Source: Monocercomonoides exilis PA203
Taxonomy: Eukaryota > Protista > Preaxostyla
NCBI GenBank assembly: GCA_001643675.2
Contig: LSRY02000016.1
Coordinates: 1 to 64,000, forward strand
Direction of reading: 5' to 3'
DNA: 64,000 nt
Below the pieces are notes generated by a model. It searched no databases and had not been told where the DNA came from. It saw nothing but the letters and a program-made list of their open reading frames with translations. The translations under genes were made by a program, and so were the position numbers. Positions 24,284 through 35,628 of this stretch are shown one piece after another. The first letter of the stretch is position 1, and each line of letters starts with the position of its first letter.

Positions 24284-27200
24284 ATTTATTTTTCTGTTTT
24301 TCTTATCACTGAATATTCATCAACTGTTGTTGAAACTCAACAATGAAGATATTGATATCAAAACAGTTATATATTGAATAGAAGAATAATAATAAGCATT
24401 TTCATTCAAAAATAAAACATTTTTTAAGAGACAAAAATTTCAATGATATTTTTCTGATATGAGGTGTTAATTCAATGAAATATGAAAAAATTAATTTTCA
24501 CCTTATTTGAAACAAACAAAATTTAATCACGATTTTCTGATGACTTGAAAGCATTATTAAAGCAATAATATTCACAAATTAAATGAATAATATTCAAACA
24601 AATATCACATTCCCAAAATTAATGATCATAATAAAACCAAATTATTTGTGCATTTTGGTCAACATTGAAAGTCACTTTTTCTGTACTTTACAAGCTGAAA
24701 ATATCATTTTATGCTGTTTTAAGCAAAAAAATAAAATGACCAAAACGCCCATGATCTTATTAATAAATTTTAAAACATTCAAAATTCTTGATCATAAGTT
24801 AACCAAATTATTTGTGCGTTTTGGGCAAAAGTGGAGGAGGACTTTTCAACACCAGATAGTTGTTAAATATCATTTTATGTTGTTTCGAGCAAAAAAAATG
24901 AAATGCCCACAACGCCATGATCTTTTCAATTTATAAAATATTTTTAAGTGAAATGAAGAAAGACTATCAACTTGAAGATATTGCATGCAATTGATGAATA
25001 TTTGATTTGACCGTTTAAAAAATATAATGTTAGCTTGCAAAATATATAAGAAGTGTGCTTTTTTTCGTGTGTTCACTCCTATTATTTCTTCATTTGAACA
25101 ATTCATTTTCTGATTATCTCAATTTCTTATTTTATTTGTTTTTTATGAAAACAGTTCATCATTTATCTTTTTTTTTTGAAAAAAGGTGCGCATTATTTCA
25201 ATGAGTTTAATGGAACACCTTTCTGAAAAAACTGCTTTTTCTTTTTGTGTTGTTTGTTGTTCAAAGGGCTTTTCACTCTCTTTGATTATCATCATCAACA
25301 ACAACAACCAACCCCAAATTATCAACAAGGGAATCGCTTTAAAAACTTCTGTAAATGCTTCTCCATCCAATCATCATTCATCAGGCTCGAAGGAGTTGGC
25401 TGATTCAAAAATTCACTGAACCGAAAACAATGCTAAGTTTCACGGTTTATGTGAAACACAAAACATCCACAAGATCATAAAGAAGTTTCTCGAGATCACA
25501 TATGAAAATGAGAAGATCATACAAGCGTGATCATGCAAATTCAAGTGAAGATCGCCAGAACACCAAAATCTACTGGATCTGATAGAATTCAAAGAGCAGT
25601 GAAATAATATTGTTCTTCATCTGTTTCATTGTCTTTTTCCTCCACCTCCTCTTATTCTTTTTCGTTATCGTTTTTGTCATCTTTGGTATTTTTCTCTTCA
25701 TCAAAGTGGGATTAGATGTGAAAGCCGCCTCCACTGTTGGAAAAAGACATGTATTACAAGCACAACTCCATCGCAACTTTCTTTTTTCAATTTTTTTTTA
25801 TTCCAACATTTTTTAAGGGAGCATACTCAAAAACCGCAGAGGCTATAGGCATATCTGTGTACGACAGGAGGCTCAATCCAAAGAGAAAAGCGTCAAAGGA
25901 ATTTTACTGGAAGGGCAGCTGCTGGAGACTGTGTGCTTCTTGCAGAGCGAAATAAAGCGCGTTGATTTTTCTCAGTTGGTAAAGGGGAAAGCAGAATTCG
26001 AAAGACAAACTTCAAATTTTGCACTCAAATCAAGTTTGTGTTCATACGCGATTTCTGATCGGGTCTACAATTTCTACGATCACGAAAGAGTGTTCATGAG
26101 CCCATATGACGAAATGACTGCGATACAACGTTCTGTTTCAAATGAGCCTTGCCTGACTGACATGGAACCCTCTGTCATTTCTTCAGAGCCCCAAAAAAGG
26201 ATTAGAATAAGTTGTAGATTCGAAAAGAGAAGCGTTGAGACAACTGTACGCAAGCTCATTGCAGAATCTTCCAATCTGCAAGACGTTGAGTTGACTATGC
26301 CGTTTGCATGGCATGAAAGCCCTGAGCCGCTCGATGAGTTACTCGCTCAAACATCGAAAGAGAATGCAACAGCATAAAATGCGTTGCCTTTTGCATCATT
26401 ATTATCAACAGCATCTACTGTTTCCTCGGAGCCCGGTTCTGCATCCTCCTCCTGCCTCTATTCCTCCTCACTGTAGCAGCAGCTTGTCTCCTCTCTCTGT
26501 CTTCTTTATGATGTTGATCACGCTTATCTTCAGCTCTTTAAAGCAACACCTGCTGGAAGCCTAGGGGGCACTGAAAAAGTGTCTGCCACACGCTCTGAAA
26601 AAAACGAGCAATGTTCGACTGCTTTTGTCTTAAGCGAATATCCTTTATCCACTTTTTGTTCATTCGTCTAGGAAGTTTTTGAAGAAGAAGAAGATATGGC
26701 CGGACCTTCTGAGATATTGGTGAAGCTATGTGTACTCACAGCGATGTGTGTTTAACAACATTGAGCGCATCCAGTTCCCCAACAACGAGCACGAATTTGA
26801 AGGCTGGCTGAACGTTGTGACTGTTCGGTGTTATTCGTCATCTTCTTCTTCATCTTCTTCTTCATCTTTTTCCTGAAGCACCTTGAAGAATCAACGGTGG
26901 TTGTGCAAGGATCGTACATTTCCCTTGAGAAATCTTCTGCGTTTCTTCCTCATGCTGTTCAAGTTATTCTGACTACTTCTGCTGGATCTTATTTAAATAG
27001 GCGAAATGAGAATAATTCGGTTAACGACAGCTGCTGTGGTTCTGTGCGAAACGGCAATGTGAGAGATATCACAAACGTGTGAAATGATCTGGTCGTTGTA
27101 AGGCGATTCAGAAGGACGGAAAAGAGTGGAAGAAAACAATCTGTTAATCACAAAGGATTCACAATTGGAGATGGAGTACGATTGTTGATGTGGGTTGGAG

Positions 27201-30200
27201 GTTAAGGAGAAGAATGAAATGGAAAAAGATGCGGAAAATGTGAAGAGTGAGAAAGAGACTTTTGAAGGAGGAATGGATGAAGTCAATAGCAGAATGAATA
27301 CAGAAAAAGAGGAGGCTGAAGTTAACGTTGTTGATGGATTTGATTTTGACATAGGAATGGAGAATAACGAGATTGAGAATGAGATAGAAGGAGAGATGAA
27401 TGTTGAAAGCGGAAAAGTTGAAAAGAAAGGAAAAGAAGTGAAAGAAAGATACGAAAATTTTTTTCGTCAAAAGGATAGATGAAATGAATAAAAGAAGAAG
27501 AGAAAGAAGAAGAAGAAGAAAGCACAAACCCACTGTAATAAGCCACAAAGATCTGATGCAGATTCTCAGTGCGTTGAGTAAAAATCACCTGGATGTGACA
27601 ACTCAGTCGCTGAACAATAAGAAAAAGCCATATTTTTCAGCTTTTTTGTGCAATTTCAGCAAGAATTAATAAACCAAGCACATCTCAAGTGAAAGAAGGT
27701 TGTTCTTCTGGTTTGGTGAAGCTGTTGGATGAAAATTTATCCAAAATTGTGAACGCAGTCACGGAAGAAAAAGAAGAGGAGGAAGAGGAAGTTGGAAATG
27801 GTAATAAAAATTAGATGAAAGACTTCAAAGGTGTGGAAGAGAATGGAAGTTGTCTGATGTGCAGCGCAAGAATCGCTGGTTTCATAATTGTTTATGTTTA
27901 AGATGGGAAAGAATTTGGTTCGACCTTCTCTTTTTCTTTGCTACAATATTAGAGTTCATCATCATCATCTTCTACTACTTCTTCCTCTTCTTGCTCTTCA
28001 CAATCTTTCTCTTCTTCTCCTTCTTTTTCCCTTCTCATCTTCATTCTTCGTCCCTCCTCTTCTTTTTTTTCTTCTCCCCCAACCCCACTGACAATGCACC
28101 ATCAACTCCACCTCCCTGTGTCTTGCGCTCTTTGAACATTTCAACAGTTGCCACTTCTCCTCTGGACACGCACCATCGCACAACGCTGGCTGAATTGTGT
28201 TATAACTTTAGCATCTGCTGCTCTGCTCCGTAGGATGCAGACGATGCAAAGGATACGTTAAGAGAGATGAAGATCTCATCTAAACCTCTGCCACCTGAGA
28301 AGAAATTGTAAACTTCTTCTGATTCTGCGTCTTCTTTGGAATTTGCTCCAGGATTTCGGCAACCCTCGGTTTCTTCTTTCTCTCATTCCTCGTCCTCTTC
28401 CCGCTTTGAAATCGTTGTTTTCTGCTTTATTGTGTTCCATTCATCATCAGCTTCTTCTCCACCATCGCCTCCTCCTTTTTCTTTATTCTTATTATCATCA
28501 TCACCACCATCAATGCATTCTGTGGCTTCGCTGAATGTGCATTTGAACTGTTTTCTTATTCCCCAGAGGCGTATTCCGCTCTTCTTCAGCACTTCGTTCA
28601 AGTTCCTTGCTCTGTCTGAGCTGAATGGGCTGAGTGAGAAGAATGGACATCGAATGAGAAATGGCAGAGGAAGAGGGAAGGAGCTTCAAGGCACATTGCG
28701 TTCATCCACTCGCTTTATCACACCGCTTAGAAGCGAAGAGAGAGGAGTTCAAGTTCAAATGGAAGAGGCAAAGAACGCGGAGCGCAAAAGCAAGTTGAGC
28801 GCAGAGCAGAAGAAAGGAAGGCAGAAGGAAGAGCCAAAGGCAAAGGCGAAGACGAAGGAGAAAGACGAGTTTTGCACATCACAAATTGATGCATTCGATA
28901 CAAGGCTTCCACAGGCAGTAATAGAAAGGAGGAGGAGGGACAGGTGAAGAGAAGAAGGAGGTTATGATGAAGATGAATAGCAGCAGACATTTAACTCGTT
29001 TGACAGCGCACTCTCATCTGCCCAGCTGCACACTCAAAACATCACAGCCTCCTCAACATTAGCTACTCCTTCTTTAATTGTTCCCACACACACAATTGTC
29101 AGCCACTTCTGTTCTTGTTGGAACTCTGGCGAAGCCACAAACTCCTTCATTTTCTGCAACAGACTCTTATTAGCTCTTACTGAAGTCGCTATAAGCACAG
29201 AACATTTCTTAAACTTCTTTTTTCTCTTTTTGCTCTAATATTTACATTCTTGCGGCTTTTTTTAAGTGCTGTTCTTGGGAAGAAGATATTTTTACAATCT
29301 GAAAATGCTTTGAAGCAAGAACATTCGAATCAGGGGCAATGTATTTGAGTGACAGTGAATTGTGCTGAACAATTGTGCATATGTTACAAGCGGATTCATG
29401 AAAGCGATGTTGAGTCCACCGGCATCGGAGCAGACGAAGTTGCTGTGGGAGAAGTGGTAATTCCAAACGGCAAGGCTGTTGTTTGTTAACTCACAGTTGT
29501 CGGCATGCGCGCAACTGCTGATCTTGGAGAGCAAGATGTTAATGAAGAAGAAATTCATCATTCTAAAGGAGCTTCATGACAAATTTGACGTTGAATAAGA
29601 AGAATAGCGCTGTCTGTTTCAATGGAAAGATTAATAGCGTGAGATTTTAAACGGAGTTGCCAAATCCAACGTCAAGAATATGCAAGGCTGTGAAGTGCTG
29701 AAGAAGAAATTGAAGCGAGAGAGAAAAGATTCTGAAAGATGTCTGGAGGAATCCGTCGAAAAAGCAAAAGATTTAGAAGTTGATTGAAGCGAAGGAGGAG
29801 TGGAAGGAGAAGTGGAAAGAGGAGTGGAAAGAGGAGTGGAAAGAGGAGTGGAAAGAGGAGTGAAATGAGGAGTGGAATGAGATGCGGATGCAGTTGTTGT
29901 TTAATGCAATATCAGCGAGCGGGAAAATACAAAGTGAACAAAAACACGATTGTATAAGTTAGACCAAATTCGAATATTGGAAAGGGAATTTTGGAGGAAG
30001 ATATGGATAAAAATTGCGGAGAAGGAGAAATAGAGGCCAAGCGGGGAGTAGCATAGCTTTACAGAGGAGCCTGTGTCTTTGAAGAGGAATATCCGGTGGG
30101 TGCGGAAGAAAAGTGATGAAAGGCAGGATGTTTAAGTCGAGGTATGGATCGGTGTGAGAGGAGTCAGAGCTTCAGATGGATGTTCTCACAGCAAGAGAAG

Positions 30201-31482
30201 GTTGGGTGAACTCAATGGAAAAGAGGGACTCATCGATTTAGGCTGGGATATAGGAGCTCCGGAGAAAGAGGTACTTTCCTCGGAAGGCGTCGTTCAAGGC
30301 TATGAGGATGTTGAGAACGGAGACAAGGATTGGAGGAGCTTTAGCGGAGTGGATGCAGTCTATAAAGAGGTCGTCTCCTTCGGTCGACTTATCGCTCACA
30401 TAGATGGTGAAAGGTCATGTTTTGGTAGCACAATCCATTGCTCATTCGCTCTCAGCATTTCACATAAGAGCTGGCCCCTTGCATAAGAGCGTAATGTGGC
30501 CTTGTTTGCACATTCTCGTCTAAATACTGTTCTTGATTCTGATTCAGGTTGCCTCAAAGCAGTTGAGTCGGTCAGAGCAGACGGGAAAACTGCCATGAGT
30601 GAAGAATCAATGGACTAAGTGAAAATGAATTGAAAGGATACAAGTACTGTAAAAGTGGATATAGAAGAGATGTGGAGAAATAGTCCAGGCAAGGAGACAG
30701 CGAAGATGGAGTTGTTTAAATGAGTATACACCCTGCTTCTTCTTCAATCATCGCAAACGAAAGGAGTGTTTGCAGAGTCTGCATGGAAAATGAACAGCCA
30801 GATAAAAGATAAACTCAGCTTTCAAGGAAGGCTATGACTAAGAGGTGGATGATGGAGGATAAAAGAGAATTGCTGAAAAGAAAAACATTTTAAAGGATTT
30901 GAGGACAAAATTCTCCAATTTCTTTTTATTCATTCGCATTATTTCTTAGCAATTCTTTTTAACTTTGTTTGATCAATCCATTTAATAACTTCTTTCAAGT
31001 ATTATTTGCTTTTGTGCAAAAACAAAAAGCAAACCGTTGTTTATTTGAATAATGTCATGGGTTTCTATTATATTTTTCATCTGTGATTAGAAAATTGTTC
31101 ATTTTCAACAATTGTTTTAAGATCTTCAATATTAATAAATAAATTTCTTTTCAGTAACATCATAAATCAAATTTTTATATTAAAAAATTGATTATTTATG
31201 TATTGTTATAATAATTATCATGTTTTATTGACGTTTGAACGAGTATTTCGTTCTGTTTGCTTCAGTTTTGATATTTTTTGATTTAGAATAAAATGTTTTT
31301 TTCAAAATTTGTTTCAAAAATAATGAGAAACAAATTTTCATCAACAAACAAATAAAAAATATTATTTTTTAAGCAATCAATTATCAGGATCATCATTTTT
31401 ATTTTTCTTTTCAACCAGATTCATAATGAAAATAATTTCTGATCAAACTTCGAAGTTTTTTATTATATCAAAAAAATCACCC
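24284..31482. repeat. Copy 2 of the direct duplication, including an orphan right TIR (24536-24924)
   Basis: Near-identical to 15940-23253 with alternating divergent patches. Ends TATCAAAAAAATCACCC at 31482. Confidence 0.95.
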
Positions 31483-31514
31483 AAATACAATTCTTTTTTT
31501 CTCTTCCAATGCAA

Positions 31515-31573
<59 letters not shown>

Positions 31574-31602
31574 TAAAATGCATTAATGAATTTATAAATA
31601 TA

Positions 31603-32130
31603 TTAACACACCTCACATTGTTTAATGTTGCTCAAAGTTAGTATAGTTATTTCTCCTTCCTTCCGAACTTTTTTACTTTCCTCTTTGTTCAATGCGACTT
31701 TCACAAGGTATGGCACGCACATCTGATATGGATCCAAAGAACGCAAGCCGTTAAGTGAAAATAAGCACTCGTCAAGATCAGTTTGAAGCTTTTCATTCTT
31801 TTCTTCTTTTTTCATTTCTTCATAATCAATCATCTTCTCAAATCTTTCGTTCATCGAATATTTGTCAAAGCTTTCATTCCACTGGTTCAACTGCACATTT
31901 AAATATCCAATGCACTTCAGTGACAAAACTGCATTTCCAATTGATATTTTCTTTTCTTCAATCATTTTGAATATTTAGTCAAAAAAAAATCTTTTTTGAA
32001 AACAGATTTGAATTCTTCTTTATTCATTTCATCAATCACTCCATTCTCTTCAAGGATTATTTGCTTTTGAAATCCTCATTTCAATCTTCCAAACCAGAAA
32101 ACAAATCTGTTCAAAAACAATGAAAAAATT
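31603..32130 (-). pseudogene. Fragment of an expanded helical (ARM-like) host protein family
   Basis: ORF 31965-31603 (CVPYLVKVALNKEES..EITILTLSNI) with broken upstream frames. Family assignment is from recollection only. Confidence 0.4.
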
Positions 32131-32803
32131 CAATCATCATGAATTCACATTCAACAACAATTTCACACTTGTGATCTTTGTTGTTCTTTCACTCTGCAGT
32201 ATTTTCTCAAATTCATTTCAACGAGAAAGTATCTTTAAAATATTTTTCGAACTTCATGCAAGAAAACTTTTGAAATGAAAATAAAATAACATGAAAACAT
32301 TTATAACAAACAAAAGTATTTGCTCTCAAACTTGTTTTAACTGTATTTTTGTTTTCAACAAGCAAACGCTAAGATGTGAAGAAAATGAATTGATCATTTA
32401 CATAAATGAATATTTGTCAATGCGAAATTTTCAAAAATAGAAAAATGTTTCAATAACATTGTTAAATATTGTTTGTTGATAAAGTGTGAACCAATTGTTT
32501 TTGATTATTTCATTGTTTCACTAAAATACAGAAAGTTCAAAATACCAAAAAAGCGAAACTCAACAGATAAAAGAAAAACCTATCTTATTGATGGATGCAA
32601 ATGTTTAATGAGCATTTGCGTTTATTCTAAAATACATTATTTAACCAAAATAATTCATTTCCCCATCCGAAGATAAACGATCAAAATTTTGGTCAAACTT
32701 ACAAAAAAAAATACTTTATTTATGAAAAACATAACATAAGGCATATTCACAGAGAACGGGGCAGCTTTGATCTGACCCATTAATATAATAATATATTTCA
32801 AAT

Positions 32804-33871
32804 ATGTCAAAGGAATTGCTTATAAAATTTCTTGATGAGGATAAAACATGGGAATGGCTTCATGAAAACGGAATTATTTCAAAAGAAAGGAATTGTCCGG
32901 ATTGCCACAAGCAAATGAAATATGTCAAAAACACAACATCTCAAAGAAGATTTCGTTGCAGGCCATGCAGAAGATCAATAACAGTTCGAGAAGGAACTCC
33001 TTTTCAATGTTCACGTCTATCAATGAGCGAATTAATGCTAATTTTACTATTTTGGTGGATTCATATGGACCAACTTCAATGTTTGTTTCTTTGTGGTGCA
33101 TCTGTTAACGCAGTTGGAGATTGGTACAGAATTTGCAGAAGAGCATGTGAGTTTCATTTGCTAATGCATCAACAAATGATTGGAGGCGTTGGCAAGGTGG
33201 TCGAGATAGATGAAGCCATATGGAGACGCAGAAAATATGGAAAGGGAAGAAGGAAGGTTCAATTGTGGATATTCGGAATGATAGAAAGAAGTTCTGAAGA
33301 AGAGAAAGGAAAGGTCTTGCTTTTTCTTGTGTATCGAAGGACGAGAAATGTTTTATTACCAATCATAAAAAGGCATGTTCATGCAGGGACAGAAATCCAT
33401 TCTGATGAGTGGAAGGCATATTCCACATTGTCTGATAATGGATTTGTGCATAAAACGGTAAATCATTCAAGAAGATTCAAAGACAGATTTACAAAAGCGT
33501 GTACGAATGTTATAGAAGGAACTTGGTCACGAATGAGAAGATTTATGCCAATGCATGGTGTCAGAGAAGCTCACATAGCTGAGTATTTAGCATCATATGT
33601 TTATGTCAAACATTTGAAACCGTCTTTTATTGATTTTTGTAAGGTTGTGTGTGAATATTCTGATTCGGAGTATGTAAAGGCTGTAGAAGCAATAGATGAT
33701 GGGGAGGAAGATGATGACGATGACGAAGAAATAGAAGACGACGTGGAAAATTTCGATGAAGAAGAATCAAGTTCAACAGAAGATGAAGGATCGGAAATGG
33801 ATGCCGGAGATGGAGCAGATGCAAGTGAATGGGAAGAATTGGATATTGATCATGAGAAAAGAAAAAGATAA
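32804..33871 (+). CDS. Merlin/ISXO2-like DDE transposase, 355 aa, with acidic tail
   Basis: Zn ribbon CPDC..CRPC; VVEIDE, WIFGMIER, IHSDEWKAY, HKTVNHS and TNVIEGTW motifs; single exon. Confidence 0.95.
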   Translation: MSKELLIKFLDEDKTWEWLHENGIISKERNCPDCHKQMKYVKNTTSQRRFRCRPCRRSITVREGTPFQCSRLSMSELMLILLFWWIHMDQLQCLFLCGASVNAVGDWYRICRRACEFHLLMHQQMIGGVGKVVEIDEAIWRRRKYGKGRRKVQLWIFGMIERSSEEEKGKVLLFLVYRRTRNVLLPIIKRHVHAGTEIHSDEWKAYSTLSDNGFVHKTVNHSRRFKDRFTKACTNVIEGTWSRMRRFMPMHGVREAHIAEYLASYVYVKHLKPSFIDFCKVVCEYSDSEYVKAVEAIDDGEEDDDDDEEIEDDVENFDEEESSSTEDEGSEMDAGDGADASEWEELDIDHEKRKR

Positions 33872-34089
33872 GTTTTCATATTTTTTATTTGATCGACATT
33901 TTCAACCATTTCCCACATCGACTTACATCAGAAATGATTATTTTTGAAAGAGATAAGCATAAATATAATTGTTTTAATTTCATTTGCATTCAATTATTTT
34001 TCTTAAAATTTTTTTTATGCTGGATTTTTGGTTTTAAATATTAATTAAATCTCAGCTAGGTTTAAGTTGAGAGATAAGGAAATAAAGCT

Positions 34090-34187
34090 GGGCTTTGGCT
34101 CGAGTAGCGCAAGAGGTCGCTCCCTCGACCATTGATATTCCGTTGGTCAAAGGTCGGGGGTTCGACTCCTGCCAAAGCTCTTTTTTT
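34090..34187 (+). ncRNA. tRNA-like / Pol III type-2 small RNA (~91 nt) inside the Merlin element
   Basis: Terminal stem GGGCTTTGGC (34090-34099) / GCCAAAGCTC (34171-34180). A-box-like TAGCGCAAGAGG at 34105-34116, B box GGTTCGACTCC at 34159-34169, T7 terminator at 34181-34187, plus internal hairpins. Confidence 0.75.
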
Positions 34188-34803
34188 CTGTGTTTTTTAT
34201 TATTATTTTCTTAGAAATTTTTTTGCCCCGTTCTCTGTGAATATACCTAACATAATATTTAATGTTGATGTGTTTTTGGTTCAAATTTGTAAAAAAATCT
34301 TTCATCGATAAATGCAAAACTTTCAGGCCACAATTAAAAAAAACTGATTTTTCTCAAAAGCACTGCCTTTTATTTAAAATAACTGGGGAATCTTGAAATA
34401 ATCAATTTATTTTGAAATATCTTTTTATTTCACAATTTATCTAATGTGTTTTTCTCTGACGTGATTGGCAGAATAGGAATTTTGACATGTTATTAGATAA
34501 AATGTGAAATAAATTGATCATTTCAAATTGTTTGTGTTATTTCAAGTTTCAGACACGAATATTAAATAAACACAGTTATTTTGAAATAACCGAGAAAAAC
34601 TTACATCTACTGAACGTTTTCAAGAAATCATTGAATTGCAATGTTTCTGATAAAATTATGGATGTGACCATGCTCGAAAATGTTTTTGTTTATATAATTT
34701 TATTACTCAAATTCGAATGTTTTCATTTTAAGTTAAAAAAAAAAAATTAGTGAGAAAACTTTGTTTCTTCCTCAATTTTTTGAAATTGAATTTTTAAAAG
34801 AAG

Positions 34804-35051
34804 ATATGTCTAAATTTTTTTGAAAAGTTCCTTTTGTTAAATTTTCAAAAAAATAAAAAATTTCATATTTCTATCAAATTTCTGTTTCCACAAACGAAAC
34901 TTCACTAAAATGGAAATATAAACATTGTTAAGGATTTGTTTCAATGACAGCAAAATTTGGTTAGTGAAAACAGAAATTTGATAGAAATATGAAATTTTTT
35001 ATTTTTTTGAAAATTTAACAAAAGGAACTTTTCAAAAAAATTTTGACATAT
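34804..35051. mobile_element. MITE-like foldback (~85-bp arms)
   Basis: ATATGTCTAAATTTTTTTGAAAAGTTCC... is mirrored by ...GGAACTTTTCAAAAAAATTTTGACATAT. The terminal ATAT could be a TSD. Confidence 0.7.
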
Positions 35052-35628
35052 ATTTAATGTTTCTTTCATAACACAGTTTGATTATATTTAATCTGAAGAA
35101 AAATCTTGAATATTGACGTCTTCAAGTTTTGAAATCAATTTGGGTGATTCTTTTCGAAAACATTCTTTTTTTCGGTGTAATAAAATGATTCAAAAATTTG
35201 TTTCAAAATTTAATTTTCGAATCTGAAAAACTGTTGGGTTGAAATATTGACAATAATTCCATGCAAAAGAATCTCTGAAATTGTGATTTCATTGTTCAAT
35301 AAATCAACAAGATCATTAACACCAAAATTTAATTCTGTGTATACTTTGATAAAGTTATTGTGTTTTAAAATGTGTTGAAGGTATTAAATTCAATCTTGTT
35401 TTTTTGTTTGTAATATTTTAAATAATATATATTGAAAATAAAAATTAAATGAACTGAAAATGACACAAATCTGTGATTTCTTCTTTTGTTTTGATAATTG
35501 AATTTTTGTGATATACAGTTACTTTCACAGAGCAAATAACATCTAATTTGAATGAAGTTAACAAGATGAAGGGTTTTCTTCCGATCTATTTAATAATGAA
35601 TACTTCAAAGATATTTATTCATTTCTTT

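Larger units (their letters stand above)
32740..34247 (+). mobile_element. Complete Merlin (IS1016/IS1595-related) DNA transposon
   Basis: TIR GGCATATTCACAGAGAACGGGGCA (32740-32763) vs 34224-34247, 23/24 match. 8-bp TSD TAACATAA at 32732-32739 and 34248-34255. Intact transposase. Confidence 0.95.

Noticed and set aside
31518-31561. Poly-A run as a retroposon tail
   Set aside because: No TSD or RT-related body. It is in the wrong orientation for the adjacent minus-strand gene fragment.
34090-34180. Canonical tRNA or tRNA-Sec
   Set aside because: No U8, no proper 7-nt anticodon loop, no UCA anticodon or Sec-type variable arm. Kept only as tRNA-like.
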